Positions 13,000 to 26,689 of a DNA stretch of 64,000 bases are shown here, piece by piece. The stretch is from Chrysomallon squamiferum (Eukaryota > Animalia > Mollusca): assembly GCA_012295275.1 (NCBI GenBank), contig CM022673.1, positions 18,600,001 to 18,664,000 on the forward strand. The letters run 5' to 3'. The notes beneath the pieces were generated by a model. That model ran no database searches. It saw only the letters and a program-made list of their open reading frames with translations, and was not told the DNA's origin. A program made the translations under genes and the position numbers. Position 1 is the first letter of the stretch. Every line of letters starts with the position of its first letter.

Positions 13000-13720
13000 C
13001 CATTTATGGTGGCTTCGTGTGTCAGCTTACCTTCTGGAAAGTTTTTTTTAACTTAATATTATATCTTTGGCGTAAAAAAAACACAGAAAGCAGAAGAAAA
13101 CATTGCAACTATGCATTTAAGAAACGAATAATAGAGAAAACTTTTTACAACACGAATGTACAGTTATCATAAAGAAAATATCAGCCTGCGACATAATTAT
13201 GTAAGTGGCCATGTGGGTGATGTAATTGGTGTTTTTATAACGAAATGTTGGAACAGATATGACGTAACTCTGGATGATATTGTTAACGCCAGAAAGATTT
13301 CAGAAAACGATGAATTGGAATTGAAAGGAATAAAAATTAAAGCTAGAGTTTTGAGTTGTGAAATTGCAGTTGTATCATTCTTACATTTGTCAGCCTACAT
13401 AGACGGTAACTTCATAAAAGAAAAACTAAAAGATAAATTTTAACACCCAGTTATAGACGACATTATAAAGGAACCAAAAATTCTGATGGAAGAAGATATG
13501 TCAAGGTTAAATTTCCATCAGAAGTGAAAAGTTTACCATACTCCATGAAGTTTAGGAAAGTTGAAGGAAAAGAATATTTTTGTGTTTTACACGATCATCA
13601 ACAGAAAGTGTGATATAATTGTATGGCTGACAGTCATAAACTCAAGGACTGCCCAAATATAACATGTTATTATTGTAAAAAGAAAAAGTGTACACACATG
13701 ACAGCCGAAAAGTAGCAGTC
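13000..13720 (+). mobile_element. Degenerate L1/Tx1-like ORF1 (gag-like, CCHC zinc knuckles)
   Basis: VVSFLHLSAYIDGNFIKEKL followed, across frame breaks, by DGRRYVKVKFPSEVKSLPYSMKF and YNCMADSHKLKDCPNITCYYCKK. Confidence 0.8.
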
Positions 13721-14181
13721 TCTTTAAAACAATCCCAGGAAAAGTCTCTTTAAAAAATAAATAAATAAATAAAAACTTTAAAGATATATATCATTTTTAT
13801 TACATAATTCACTGAAAATAAATATGAGGTCATACAATGAATAACTATAAAAACAAGGAAAAACCTGTTTAAAAAAAAATCGAGTACATATTTCACTTAA
13901 AATAAACATGAAGTCATACAATTCATCACAATATAAAACAAGGAAAAGACTGTTTAAAAAAAAAAAGCGTTTTATCTCATTGAAAATAAATATGAGGTCA
14001 TACAATTAATGACAGTGTGAGAAAAGGAGCATACATTCTACGTCTTGATGAAAAACAGGGCGCAGATTTGTTTTCAAAATACCACATTTTCATAGTTTTA
14101 CATGTGTGTGTGTGTGTGTGTGTTGGTGTGTGTGTTGGTGTGTACGTTTGTACATATATATACATATATGTAGGTAAGTAG

Positions 14182-14234
<53 letters not shown>

Positions 14235-14249
14235 TAATCTGATCAGTAT

Positions 14250-15800
14250 CTATCATGTCTGATGTTTTGTCCATGTAATGTAATGTTTTCTAAAAGTTAA
14301 TCCTAGGAATATAAAATCCTTGGGCTTGCCAGAATATTTCTGTGATTGGAGTTTGAGATAACTTGGAAATTAGAACTGTATATATTAAAATTACAGTAAA
14401 TGTTTTTGCTTTAATGAATTCTTTTATTCTTTAGTAACAGATATGGTCTTTGTAATATTTTAACTTTTGTTCTAATTGCCGTGATCAATTGTTGATCAAG
14501 TGAATTTAATATTTATAAAGATATGAAATATGTGAAAAAGGTAAGTTAGGAAATATCTCTTGAACTATTTCAGCTATTGCTGATATTTTAAGAAATCCTG
14601 TAATAAATCCATATGTAATGTCAATAATAGTTATTACTCCACAAACAATGAAAAATTTCATAGATAACATTTTACTTTCAGGCCTGATAAAAGGATTGTG
14701 AAATAAGGGTTGTGTTACTATTTGAGTGAAGCTTTTAGAGAAGATCTTTTCTCGACTGGAAACTATATTCCATGCGGATAATAATTGTGAATAAAAAAGA
14801 TTAGTTCTTTGTAAAGCAGATTTATCATACAACATTGAAAATAATGAATATGATAAATATATCTTTACGTATTTTTCACAGAATTCTGTCATTGTATATT
14901 TCCACACTGATCTAAATTTAGTATCAAAATACTTTTTTAATAATTTAATTTGGAAAGCAATCTTTTAAGGTCGAACATCTTGAATATTTAAACATCCTGA
15001 TTTTTTTAATTTCTAATCATAGTAGAATATTTTATTAAAACTGGATTGTTTTCCCCCATAATTTTTCTGATTAGGGGAGATAATATTTGATTTGCTAATA
15101 CTTTAGCAATAATTTTATAATCAACATTTAGAAGACTTATTAGTCTATAAGTTTTGAGGTACTTAAGTTTCCTTTCTTCTTGTTGAATAGACTAATAATT
15201 CCTTTTTTATACTACGTTTTTGATACATATAACAATTTCATGAAATATTTGTTTTAGGACTTCTCAGAATTTTAGATAAAATTCTACCGTTATACCATCT
15301 ACAGAGATATATACACATAACATTCTTTGTCGTCGTCATTACAGTTATGTCACAGTCATTATTTAAGGCTGGTTTTCCAAATTCTCTTTTATATGCATTT
15401 TGTTTTTATTATATTGTTTATTTTCTAATTTTCATTTTATTATTATTATTTTTATTTTTTTAATGTATAATACTTAGTAAAGCCTTTCATTTTGTATTTC
15501 TGATTGTCCCACGAAACCAATGGTTCAGATAAAAATAGTGAACATTCTTTCGCTTCACCAGTAATTTGTTCTAAGCGTTGTGGAAATCTTCGTTATTTAG
15601 TAACTGATGATTGAAAATCCAAACACTTTGTCCTCTTTCTACTTCAGAAAAAAATCTAATTTTAGTGAAATCCAATTATGATCACTCAGAAGATCGCCTA
15701 CTTTATAATATATACGGTACGTAATTTGTTTAATTTCAGACTGGAAAGCATACACGTTGAAATTTATTATTAATTGACTCAAATAAACCATCCTGTTTCC
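14250..15800 (-). mobile_element. Degenerate L1/Tx1-like LINE ORF2 fragments
   Basis: Endonuclease end LSDHNWISLKL...RGQSVWIFNHQLL, RT N-terminus LISLLNVDYKIIAKVLAN, and C-terminal FYSQLLSAWNIV...QPLFHNPFI. Confidence 0.82.
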
Positions 15801-16074
15801 TATTTCTGTTCTCTTATGTAACGTACAAACGAATCTTTTTTCTTATTTGTAAAAACTGACATGAATACTTTTCATTTCTCACTTCTTTTTCACATTCGAC
15901 CAGGACAAATCATAATTAATTGATGATACATGTAATATAAATTATGAATGTTTCTAAATAAGTATCTAATATATAACTATTTTGTTTAAAAAGTATTCCC
16001 ATTATTTAGCATAAATTTAAAGTTAAAAACTAAAGGATATTTTTTTATTATTATTTGCTAACTTACCTACTTCT

Positions 16075-16105
<31 letters not shown>

Positions 16106-17068
16106 TTCATTTATTTATTTCGAAATGTAAAACCATTAAAATAAATATTTCAAAAATTTAAGTATGTATGTTTTAGTTACTTATAATTCAGTTATTGGTT
16201 TGTAACTGAATTAAACTGAACTGTAGATGGTTTTAGTTGATGTACGTAAGCTAATGTGTACATTTACGACGTCCTGCCACGACGTACGCATGTTATCTTA
16301 TCAATACAGAGCTTATTGCATAACCGGAGACTGTTGCCTTAGTGACTCAAATGAAAGTTTGGAGTAAAACATACATCTTCGATGAAGGTTACAAAAAGTA
16401 TTGAAAGATATAACTACTACAGGTTTCAATGTGTATATTTTTTTTAAATATTCACTTTTAATGTCCTTTTTCTTTCCTTCTCTTTTTTAAAAAGAAAAAA
16501 AATGTATTTAAAATATTTCTGAAATCATATGAAATGATATCAGACCTCAGAATGGGAAGTCCTACAGTCCGTCAAATGCAAGTGTTTTCCCATGATGCCA
16601 TTCATGATCAGACAGACTGTATTGTTAAAAAATAAAAGATGTAGAGAAAAAACATGTTGCCTTTCAATTTCTGCAAACCTCGCGTTCGCCATTATTATTT
16701 TCATTTTATTGTACCATCGCCACAGATAACTTATGTAATCATTTCAGATCCAACGGTTAGTTTTATGTGTTTGTGTGTGTGTGTGTGTGTGAACAACTTA
16801 TTTGGTGATGAAGTAATTGTCATCATTTCTCACGAAACCCATAGAGTTATTTCCGTGATTTATCTTGCATAAGTTAAATATGATTCATATCGATAGTGGA
16901 CAAAAATATTAACATGGGCAGAGTGCTATGCTGTTGTCCAGGTCTCTGTTCTGTTTTGAGCTATATTTGTCAGGTGGGTTCTTTCCCGCAGACTTCCAGC
17001 TCATCCCTCCATCCTCCCGCTGTTGTTTTTCTAACTACATCATTTCACTTTGCATGTTTTCCAAGTGT

Positions 17069-17414
17069 TTATGTGTTGTTATAAATATATAGTGTTTCAG
17101 TCGACCTGAGACTCATTGGATTAAATAAAATATTTGTTCGTTCTTTTAATCATGAGTAAAGCAGAAACATGAACACTCTAACACTCGTGAACGTAAAGTA
17201 TATTCCATTTGCTGACAGGTCTTTTTAAGTTTGAAAATAAATTGTGTGAAGATGAAGACGATGATAATGATGAAGAATTATTTGTCAGTGTAAGTAATTG
17301 ACACATCCTAGGATAATAACTGTAAACCTCAGACTATGCTTTAACAGAAAACCATCAGATGTTGCTGAAATTATAATAATAATTCTAATAATAATAATAA
17401 TAATAATAATAACA

Positions 17415-17468
<54 letters not shown>

Positions 17469-18370
17469 ACAATAACAGTATTGATAATAAACAGTAATTC
17501 TAACAATAATAAATAGATTAGTTATATAACACTAAAAGACTTTTAACTGACATTGTTTATATTGTATTAATTATTAATTTAACATGCCCAGGGTAGTAAA
17601 AACAAAAGCAGTATTACCTACCTATTAACAATTTAAATACAGATAATCTCAAAAAAAATGTCAGTTTTAAAGACTCTGTACTGTGTATTATAATAACGAA
17701 TGAGAAACTGACATCTCTGATAAAATGACTTGGCGCTTAGGTGATTTAAAAACATACCAGCTACAGCCGCTCCGATTGTTTTACAGGACTCAAACAAGTA
17801 ATGTCTGGATTGTCTCATAGCTGTGTGAAGTTCTGAGGAAATCCCTTCACAGAAAGATGCTACAACACTCATACAGTAGTGCATTTTCCCCATAGAACTG
17901 AAACAGAATAAACAATATCAAAATAATTAAACATGTATGTAGCTGTCAATTGTTTTGGGGTCTTTTTTTTTTACTGGCTTTGATGCCTGTTCTTATATTT
18001 ATCTCAAAATGTTAGAATGGTCTTATATTTATCTTGGTCAGGTGTTATGTATCTTACTATATACTGCACTGAAACATATACTTTTCTTTGCTTTCACTTG
18101 ACCTTTATGTATATTGACCAATTATTTTACAAATTATACTGTTTACATATAAATAACTTATTAATGTTGTTAGTGTTACTGCTTTGCTAATGCCACTATA
18201 ATTCTATTGTTGCTGTTAATTACTTTAACAACTGCTAGGAAATATAACACTATTACTTCTGCAGCTCATTACATAAATGGTTACTACTCCTACTACTGCT
18301 GCTGCTGCTGCTACCAAGACTCTGACATAGTTGTATCTTTGCAGCACACATGACATCAGATTGCTGCAAA
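17069..18370 (-). pseudogene. Orphan 3' exons (10-13) of the five-domain Cys-rich gene, copy B
   Basis: Exon 11 at 17758-17897, exon 12 at 17328-17364 and exon 13 at 17069-17105 are intact. The exon 10 remnant (~18315-18368) has lost its acceptor. Confidence 0.85.
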
Positions 18371-18439
18371 GATACAACAGATTGACTCAGTTTGACATTC
18401 TTTCTAATTTCTCTTTGATATTGTTATTGTTTTTATTGC

Positions 18440-18504
<65 letters not shown>

Positions 18505-19495
18505 TTTATTTATTTATTTATTTATTTATTTAACAAACTGGTTATCATATACTATTAAAATATAATTTAATACATGTTGATTTATTTGTTCTTACAGTCA
18601 CATTTTATTAATAATAAATTTACAGATAAATTAACAAGCTTTACATTTGGGTTGAAGTAAAACTTTATTGTGACCTCATTTTATATGTCAAAATGAACAA
18701 AAGGATATAAATAAAGTTTAGACAGTTATTGTGGAGTTAAGATATCCTCAGACTGTTGTTAAAATAAACAAAATCTTATCTTCCATGCAGGTTCGTTATT
18801 TGTTTTTTCATGTTTTATTGTTACAAAAGACTGGTAATCAGTAACAAACAACAACAATCACTTGGAAGCATATACAAAAATTTTAGATCATTTTTTTCAA
18901 CCCCCGCAATCAATAAGAAAACCAGAACACATTTTCTTTCATAATTGTTTTTTTTTTTAATTCTAATTTTAGTTTTTAATATCAGTCTTTGAAATGACCA
19001 AAGAAGTGCACACTGACCAATGTAAAATATGCTGTAAAATAACACTTGGCAACTCTTAATCTATTCTACAAAAATAACCATGCATGAATTTTTATTATTG
19101 ATACAAATACTAGATTTTAACAATAATCTTTTAATAATTATCTTTTGCAGTTTGTAAAATACTAATAACATTAGTAATTGTCTAGTTGTTATTTTGTTGT
19201 CTGTCCTTTTTTGTCTGTTTTAAGTTGTTGGTTTTTTCCCATCTCTCTCCATTTCATAAATACAGAATAAATATTTAAAAAAAAAACAAACATTAAATGT
19301 GTTAGATTATTAAACATACTTTTTAGTAAAGTATGAAGTTAACAGAGTCGTGTAAAACACAAGATATTCACTAACTCTGCTGTTGTGAAATATCTCAGAC
19401 ATAAATCATGAACTGTCTATAAGTGACTCTCCACAGCCCTTGATTTCAGTTCACTTAAAGACTTCGTTGAAACAGGAAATTAAAAATATTCAATA

Positions 19496-20174
19496 CAGTG
19501 ATACCTTGACTTAACATTAATCCATTCCAGTCCCCATAAACACCACCCCATGTTATTTTTTTTTTTTTAGTAACTTTTCTAAATAAGAAAAATGTATTTA
19601 TAAATGACAAATATTGAATAAAAAAATAAAAGAATGTAAAGAAATAAACTGGTTTTGTAAAGTGTATTTATCTTGGAGATCAGACAAATTATTTTAATGC
19701 CTTTGGCTGGAGATACAGCCTGTTTCGACTCCTTCAGCTTCAGTATGGTACCTATTGTAGAAATACTACACTCGTACTGCCTAACCATGTTGACTACACG
19801 CACACCTCTCTCATGTTTTTCTATAATTTCATGCTTTAATTCAATGGACATCATCTGCTTCTTCTTCTCAGCACTGTTCTTTGCACTCACTTTCCATGGC
19901 CAGAAAAAAGAAGTTTGGCAAAATACTGCACATAACACAAGCACAACACAACAGAGTTCCTTCTGCAGCGAGGTAACCATGTAAAGTAAACGAGTGAGAT
20001 GTGGGATGCTGGCCGCATGTTATGTTTTTCTTTGCTCCAACTAGTGGTGGTGTATCTGAAGCTCACTCGTAACTCAGATTTTGGCTCACAACTCAAAGCA
20101 ATAAATCAACCAGGAGATTGCTTGTAACTCAAAAAACTCATAAATTATGGCACTCGTAAGTCGAGGAACCACTG
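19496..20174 (-). mobile_element. Tigger/pogo-family element (duplicate of 3361-4043)
   Basis: Same TIRs, same HTH ORF and same insertion site within the duplicated unit. Confidence 0.9.
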
Positions 20175-21970
20175 CATATATTTTACATATCTCTGAATTA
20201 ATTATTTTTTTTATTTATTTCTAAATGTTCTTCTAAAACATAGTAGATCCAAATTTTTCTCAGATTAATTGCTATTGCTGTATGAGGGATAAACTCACCT
20301 GTGTGTCAGTTCACATCTGTACAATAGATCCTGCACCATCCATGTCATGTCCATATCTGAAATAATGCACAACTTAAACTGTACCTGTATGGTGTAAACA
20401 AGTATTAAAGTTCTCTGTGTTAACTTCCTAATTTTATTTGTTTCTTCTTAATTTGTATTTAATTTGTATAAATTTTATGATAGTTCTAACCTGTGGCATA
20501 TATACTGACAAAGTATTCTATAAATCAGGTTATTATTCTTTAATATATTTCTATATACATACATACACAGAACATATTTCAGGACAATTTGAATGGATAT
20601 CTAACTGTTAATTAAACAGTTAATTGTAAATGAAGAAATAAATTGAATTTATTATCTACCTTCAAGTAAAACAACTTGATTTTCTCAGGTTGGAATGAAC
20701 AGCATTTATAATAACAAATATCTCTGTCACCAAGCAGAAACTTTCAAAGTGATCTTCAGAGTTCTTTTCCATGAATTCTCCAAGTCTCTCACAGTGAGCA
20801 AACAGCAGTGAGTCTGACTAACTCCACTGTCTCAGATTCTCTCCATAGCTATGTAGTCTTGTCTTTTCTACTGTGTGTTTTTACCAGAAAAATACGACTG
20901 GTTGTTGAAATTATTTTCACTGTTTTGAAGTGGACATTTTACTGATTTAATATCATATTTCTGATGACTCGACGAATTCTGAGCTAACGGATTACAAAGA
21001 CTATCAGAATGCTCAGCTGTTATTAACGAATCTCCAAGTTTAGTATGATGGTCATGGCTGGAGTTCTAACTGAGTACACAACTGTTGAGCAGTACTTGAC
21101 TTGTCAGAACAGAATGTCTTATCAGTCTGAGCAGGTTCTCTTGGTCACTGTACTGTATGATTGTTGTCAGAACAAACCTCATCAAACTGAGAAAGTAACC
21201 GATTTTCAGTGTGATTTCAAACAGATCAAAGTTGTATCTTCAGGTTTATTAGTTATCGTTTTGTTGGAACAAAAATCCCCATCTGACTGAGCAGCTTTGT
21301 TATCTCTGACTTGTATTTTCCGATTATAAAAATCTCTGATAGTATTTTTATTTGTGCAGCAATCTGTATATTTATTAATGTTATTTTCTGTATGAATTGT
21401 CTAAGAATAAACTTTTGTATTTTTAATCTTTATAATCATTCTGCAGTCTGCAGCATTTTCAGATATGACAAGTTGTTGAAAACTCCCTTCATCACAATTC
21501 TCTGAAATAATTCCAGCTGACGAGTTGTCATGACAACACTGAGATGTTTCAATTTTATGCACCAGCCTTTGACGGCTGTCTTTGATGGCAAACTACTTTG
21601 TACCTGTGTGTAAATTAAAAATCAGATATTAACAATAAATATATTTTAAATATCTCTTACTTTAAAAAACATCAGTATTTCATTTTTAAAAACACCTAAA
21701 CAGTTTAAATCAAAAATTATGTTTACGCTTAACATATCGTTTTACCATAGAAAAAAAAAAAAATAGTTATGTGGAATGTGTATTAATTATTCAGAGCACG
21801 TGTAAAAATGATTTAGCTCGAATATCATCAATGTCTCCTTTTTACCATCATGAGTAAATGGCTGGAATGGAGGACTAATGAGAATCATATCAACTTTTCA
21901 CTTGTTCATTTGTTCAGTCGTTAACTTCTAAAGAAAATGTGAAAACAAGTCACTTTATTATTTTATATAT

Positions 21971-22520
21971 GGGTCATTCCGTGTCAAATCACCCAACCGT
22001 CTCAGATTTTTATAAAACTTGGTATACTTGTTGACTGGGATCCCACAGCACCAATAAATGAATTAAATAATGTATAATCGATGATCAAGACAGTTGGTGA
22101 TTCCTAGCATCCAGAATTGATCATTCAGGTTTTAGTTAATCAGATGTTCATGGCTGAAAAGGTTATATTTTCATGTATGTGCATTTTTTAAATATATATT
22201 GTGGCTAAACAAAAAATATTACACCCAGGAAACTTTTATATGTTTTAGTTAACATGTGGGAGATTAAATTTCAATAAAGGTCATCTCAAGATCACGTGAT
22301 CCACACGGTCAATTTCAAGGTCATAGCAAAGGTCAAAAGGTCAAGGTACGCAAAAATGGCAGATTTGGAATCCTTGTCATTTTGCCTTTCTAACAATACC
22401 AAATTTATGAAGATTGGCCCAGTAGTTCCTGAGATATGAGGGTTCTAAGGTTGGTGGTCATGCCCATTTTTGGCAAAAATCTCAAAATTCGGTGGGCCGT
22501 ATCTCCCACACCACTGGTGC
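21971..22520. mobile_element. Unclassified DNA transposon remnant inside the DNMT2 pseudogene
   Basis: Same terminus as 4993, with an inverted subterminal block at ~22491-22518 and TCAAGGTCA-type internal motifs. Confidence 0.6.
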
Positions 22521-23136
22521 GTTAGTAGATATATTTTATAGATATCAGAAACTAAAATAGCAGAATTTAATCTTTTAAATTTCACAGTAATTACGCACAA
22601 TATCTCAAATAAATACTAAACAAACCTTTTAGAGCACAGTGCATTCCATTTATACCACTGTATAACTCGAGAACGCGATAAACCCTGGGCGCTGCCATTA
22701 CAACCTTTTTATTTGTACTGTCTTCCATTGAGGTGGAGCACCAACAGATTGTAATTTAAAAAGCAAAAATATAAAAATAAAATAAAACTATATATATATA
22801 TTTCTATTCATTCTAAAGAGCTTTCAGAAACACACAAGAAATATGCCTCTAATACTTCAGCACAGCTTGAGATCTCAATATGAAGACAGTTCTAAAATTC
22901 TAACTTAATGTGAACTGCGTCTTTCTGCAGATTTACGATTTAATTTATTAAAGAGAAAGTGACTCTTTGAAGTTACATCTTCTTTTCTCTCGAGAGTTCA
23001 CTTCACATTATTATCTGTCATTCTGTACTTCATTTATTAACAGTTCCTCTTTTACTGATTTGCATCTCTTTCGTCCTTTTCAGTCTCTGTTCCTCATTTT
23101 CCATTTTTGTGTTTCTTTTATTTGTTCTATCCCCAC

Positions 23137-23232
<96 letters not shown>

Positions 23233-23853
23233 TTTTATTAATTGTTTTCAGCATTTCTGTAATTCATCTATAGAGATACATACATACATACACACACATA
23301 CATACATACATACATACATACACACACATACATACATACAAACATACATATATATCTTACAATAGGAAGATTATGATTAGAAAGCCTAAACCGTAACAGC
23401 AGGCACCAGTATTTTCTATCTATAAAGCTGAAATATGTCTCGAATTCAACAGTATTTTTAAATAGTTTATTATTTGAAGTTTTGGACGAACTATCAATGA
23501 CAAACTACCAACCAATATCTTGCTACCTAAGTACATTCCCTATATTAATAAGTGGGAAATTGCTACGTGTCTTACTCTTGTGTAAAATGAGTGTATAGCA
23601 AACCCATTATTGTCTTGGTTGAAATGTGCTAGTGATTTTACTGACTATATGATTCAAATTCTATGCTATTTCCACGAATTTCGGAATAGAGTAATTTTAT
23701 TTTATTATGAGCTGTCTTTTTTCTTCATTCAAAATTGGTCGGTTCAGATTAAAACAGAATGTCATAGGTAATCAATGAAAAATTTATATTTATTATGTTA
23801 GTATTCTTGTTATAGAACTGTGCTGTATGTTTTGCATTCGTGTTTGTTTTCTT

Positions 23854-24086
23854 CTAGCAAATGTGGCCATCACAGCACATGTTGAATTTTGCATCATAAA
23901 CTTGTGTTCCACAACATGCAGGACGTAGTCCATGTTTGAATACAACGTGTCCCCTGCAGCACATGTTGAATGTTGCATCATAACATCGTCTTCCACAACA
24001 TGCAGGACGTAGTCCGCTTTTGGAGACAACGTTTCCATCACAGCACATCCTGAATGTTGGATTGTATCTGCTGTGGCCGCATACAG
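23854..24086 (-). CDS. Galaxin-like Cys-rich repeat exon, copy B (intact frame, upstream exons deleted)
   Basis: After an acceptor: AVCGHSRYNPTFRMCCDGNVVSKSGLRPACCGRRCYDATFNMCCRGHVVFKHGLRPACCGTQVYDAKFNMCCDGHIC*. It has ~29-aa CCG-x3-YD-x2-F-x-MCC-x-G repeats, and AATAAA follows ~55 bp downstream. Confidence 0.8.
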
Positions 24087-24206
24087 CTGTATTTCAAAAT
24101 TAAAATAATGACATTTACATATTTTCTTTACTATTATCTAGTTATCTTTCTGTCAGTCTGTCTGTCGCTATTTCTGTCTATCTGTTAATGTATTAATATA
24201 GATATA

Positions 24207-24500
24207 CAGTGGTACCTTGACTTACGTGTTTAATTGGTTCCGTGACCGAGCTTATGTATCAATTTCCTCTTATATCAAATCAATTTTCCCAATTGAAATT
24301 AATTGAAATAACATTAATCCGTTCCAGCCCCCCAAAAAGCACCCTTTTTGTTTTTTGTTTTTTTTTTGTTTTTTGTAACATATTTTTAAATAAGATAAAT
24401 GTATTTATAAATGACAAATATTATATAAAACAAAATAAAAGAGAATGTAAAGAAATAATTTGGTTTTGTAAAGCGTATTTATACTGGAGATCAGTCGAAT
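24207..24500 (-). mobile_element. Truncated Tigger element (duplicate of 8325-8971)
   Basis: One TIR and ~290 bp are present, then it is fused to the MITE interior by a ~2.2-kb deletion. Confidence 0.85.
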
Positions 24501-26689
24501 TAGTTAATTAGGGATCCGCTTGTCTCGTCGCTTACTTTTCTTCAGACCCTCACTTTCCTCTGTGGCCCGCGTGTAATTATTGTATTCCTGAGGATACAAA
24601 TGAAAACCGCGGAATCGAAGAATTAATCTAGCAATCAGCCTGACAAGTTTTTCTCACACAAAACTCCCCTAACTTAGCTGCTAAATAACTTAACACAAAC
24701 ATTCGAAAACTATCTTTAAGAGTTCGACTTTCAGTTAAAGGTTATCACGGATGAATCTAATTATTCACTTATTGGAGAATTTAAAGGCAGTTTATTCACT
24801 TACCATAGTTTTTAATATTTTCTTTCAAGACTTGTCGCTCCTTTATATTTTCCCTTTTTTCACTAGTCATAAAAACAAATAAACAATGTCGTTTGAGAGA
24901 GAGCGCATGCGTAATATTATTTTATTTTTATAATTTGGAAGGTTTATTTGTTTACTTATTTATTTTACACTTCTATTTATTGGTTATCTGTTCAGCTATG
25001 AAAGCTAGGTGATTAATAATTACTTTTTTCACTTAGAATAAAGAAAACGAAACGAAGAAAGAACAATATATATATAAATTGTGCGGAACAAGGACATTGT
25101 GTAAAAATTATTTAAAAATGTGATTTAGAAAATAAATATCTATTGATAAGATAGTTTTGTTACGGTTCAAATATAATGCTGTTCCATTTGTTCTGCGACA
25201 TCGCATGAGACGTATAATAATCTTTACACTGTCGATGATATTAGCTAGTGGTGCACGTGAAAACGTATTACTGCTACAGCTGCTGTTGTCAACACACTGA
25301 TTACAATGACAAATTATAATAGTAACTTGTCTTAGTCCATTTTTAATAGTACAGATAATTTTAAAACAGAACAGATCTATACAGATTAAAATTATTTTTA
25401 CATTTTTCGAGCTTTTTTTAGTTTTGCACTACACGTTGCTGGTCCTGATAAGATCCATCAGTATTTTCAAAAGTTTGAATTAATTTAAGTTATCATGTTA
25501 GTTCCTAAGACCGGTCAGGTAGTGTTTGTGCGTTAATTAACCGAAGTTCTAACTCAAGTTTGATTTAGATTCGAGTTTCAAGTAATGGCATATCTTCCAG
25601 TTTCATATCTACCAACAGAACCAAATATTTAGGAGGTTATTTTGTTGTTGTTGTTTTATTTTTATTTTTATTTTTGTTTTCCTTTTTCTTATTTTATTTT
25701 ATTTTTTTTTTCAAAACCAGATGAACAAGAAGTTCAGCTCATAATTTTCTCAGTATTTAGATTTACCGCCATGTTTTAGAGACTACTACTAATTACCTAG
25801 ACATGATCTTTTTTATTATTCAGAGCTGATTTCATTTGTCCAAACATAATTAAAGGCGCCGTTTAATGACTGGAATATGTGAGTTATCTGGCCGCTACGT
25901 TTTCTTTCAGTTAAATTTTATAAATTATATCCTTTCACTTTGACATTTGGCACAAAACATTATCGTTCATACTAATTATTATGGACAACGTATTAAGTTT
26001 ACTTTGCTGTGATCGATCGTACAGTGGCGCCACTGACAATAATTAAAAAGAAAAACTGTATATCTAGCTAATTCTGTTATAAAGCACAGTGCACACACAC
26101 AGCATGATCATCACCGTGGTCAGCGTAACTTTCTCAGTCAAAGTGTAAAGGTATTAATAAATAACATAATGTTTGTGAATTTGTTATTGTTGTTTATTTT
26201 AACTTCTATCTATTTATTAACAATATTAACATCACATAACATTATTTGGTTTAAATTTTATGTGAGCATAGCTTTGTAAAACTGTTTGAAATTGATAATT
26301 TCCCAACAATAATAAAGCAGGAAATTATTCATATAGTACAGTTATATACCAACTAATTTCAGTTTTTAAAATGTTAATTATATATTGATAAGAGACACTT
26401 TTTGGTTTTCGACCCATAAAACACATAATCCACCTCCAAGCGTTTATTAATGCCCCGAAAACTGGAATCAACATGTAGGTCCACCTATCCAGTTTGTCGA
26501 TTGTGATCAAGTTAAAATGAAATAAGAATGAGTTTCTATCTTAATTCATGTTTCCACAAGTGTCAGTCACTTGCGAACTTCAACCAATCAAAGCGAGCTA
26601 TTTTCTCACACCTATAATATTTTATTATATATATATATTTGAATACTTTTGAATATTTATTTTACTATATTAAAGAGAGAAACAGACTT

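Larger units (their letters stand above)
19340..22698 (-). pseudogene. TRDMT1: TRDMT1/DNMT2 (tRNA C38 methyltransferase) pseudogene, copy B
   Basis: Exon 22626-22698 is MAAPRVYRVLELYSGINGMHCALK (motif I). ~21780-21927 reads KLTTEQMNK*KVDMILISPPFQPFTHDGKK/GDIDDIRAKSFLHVL* (motif IV, PPC->PPF). 20660-21603 ends LRKSSCFT*R. 20299-20356 reads YGHDMDGAGSIVQM*. ~19340-19460 reads VHDLCLRYFTTAELVNILCF (motif IX). Confidence 0.92.
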
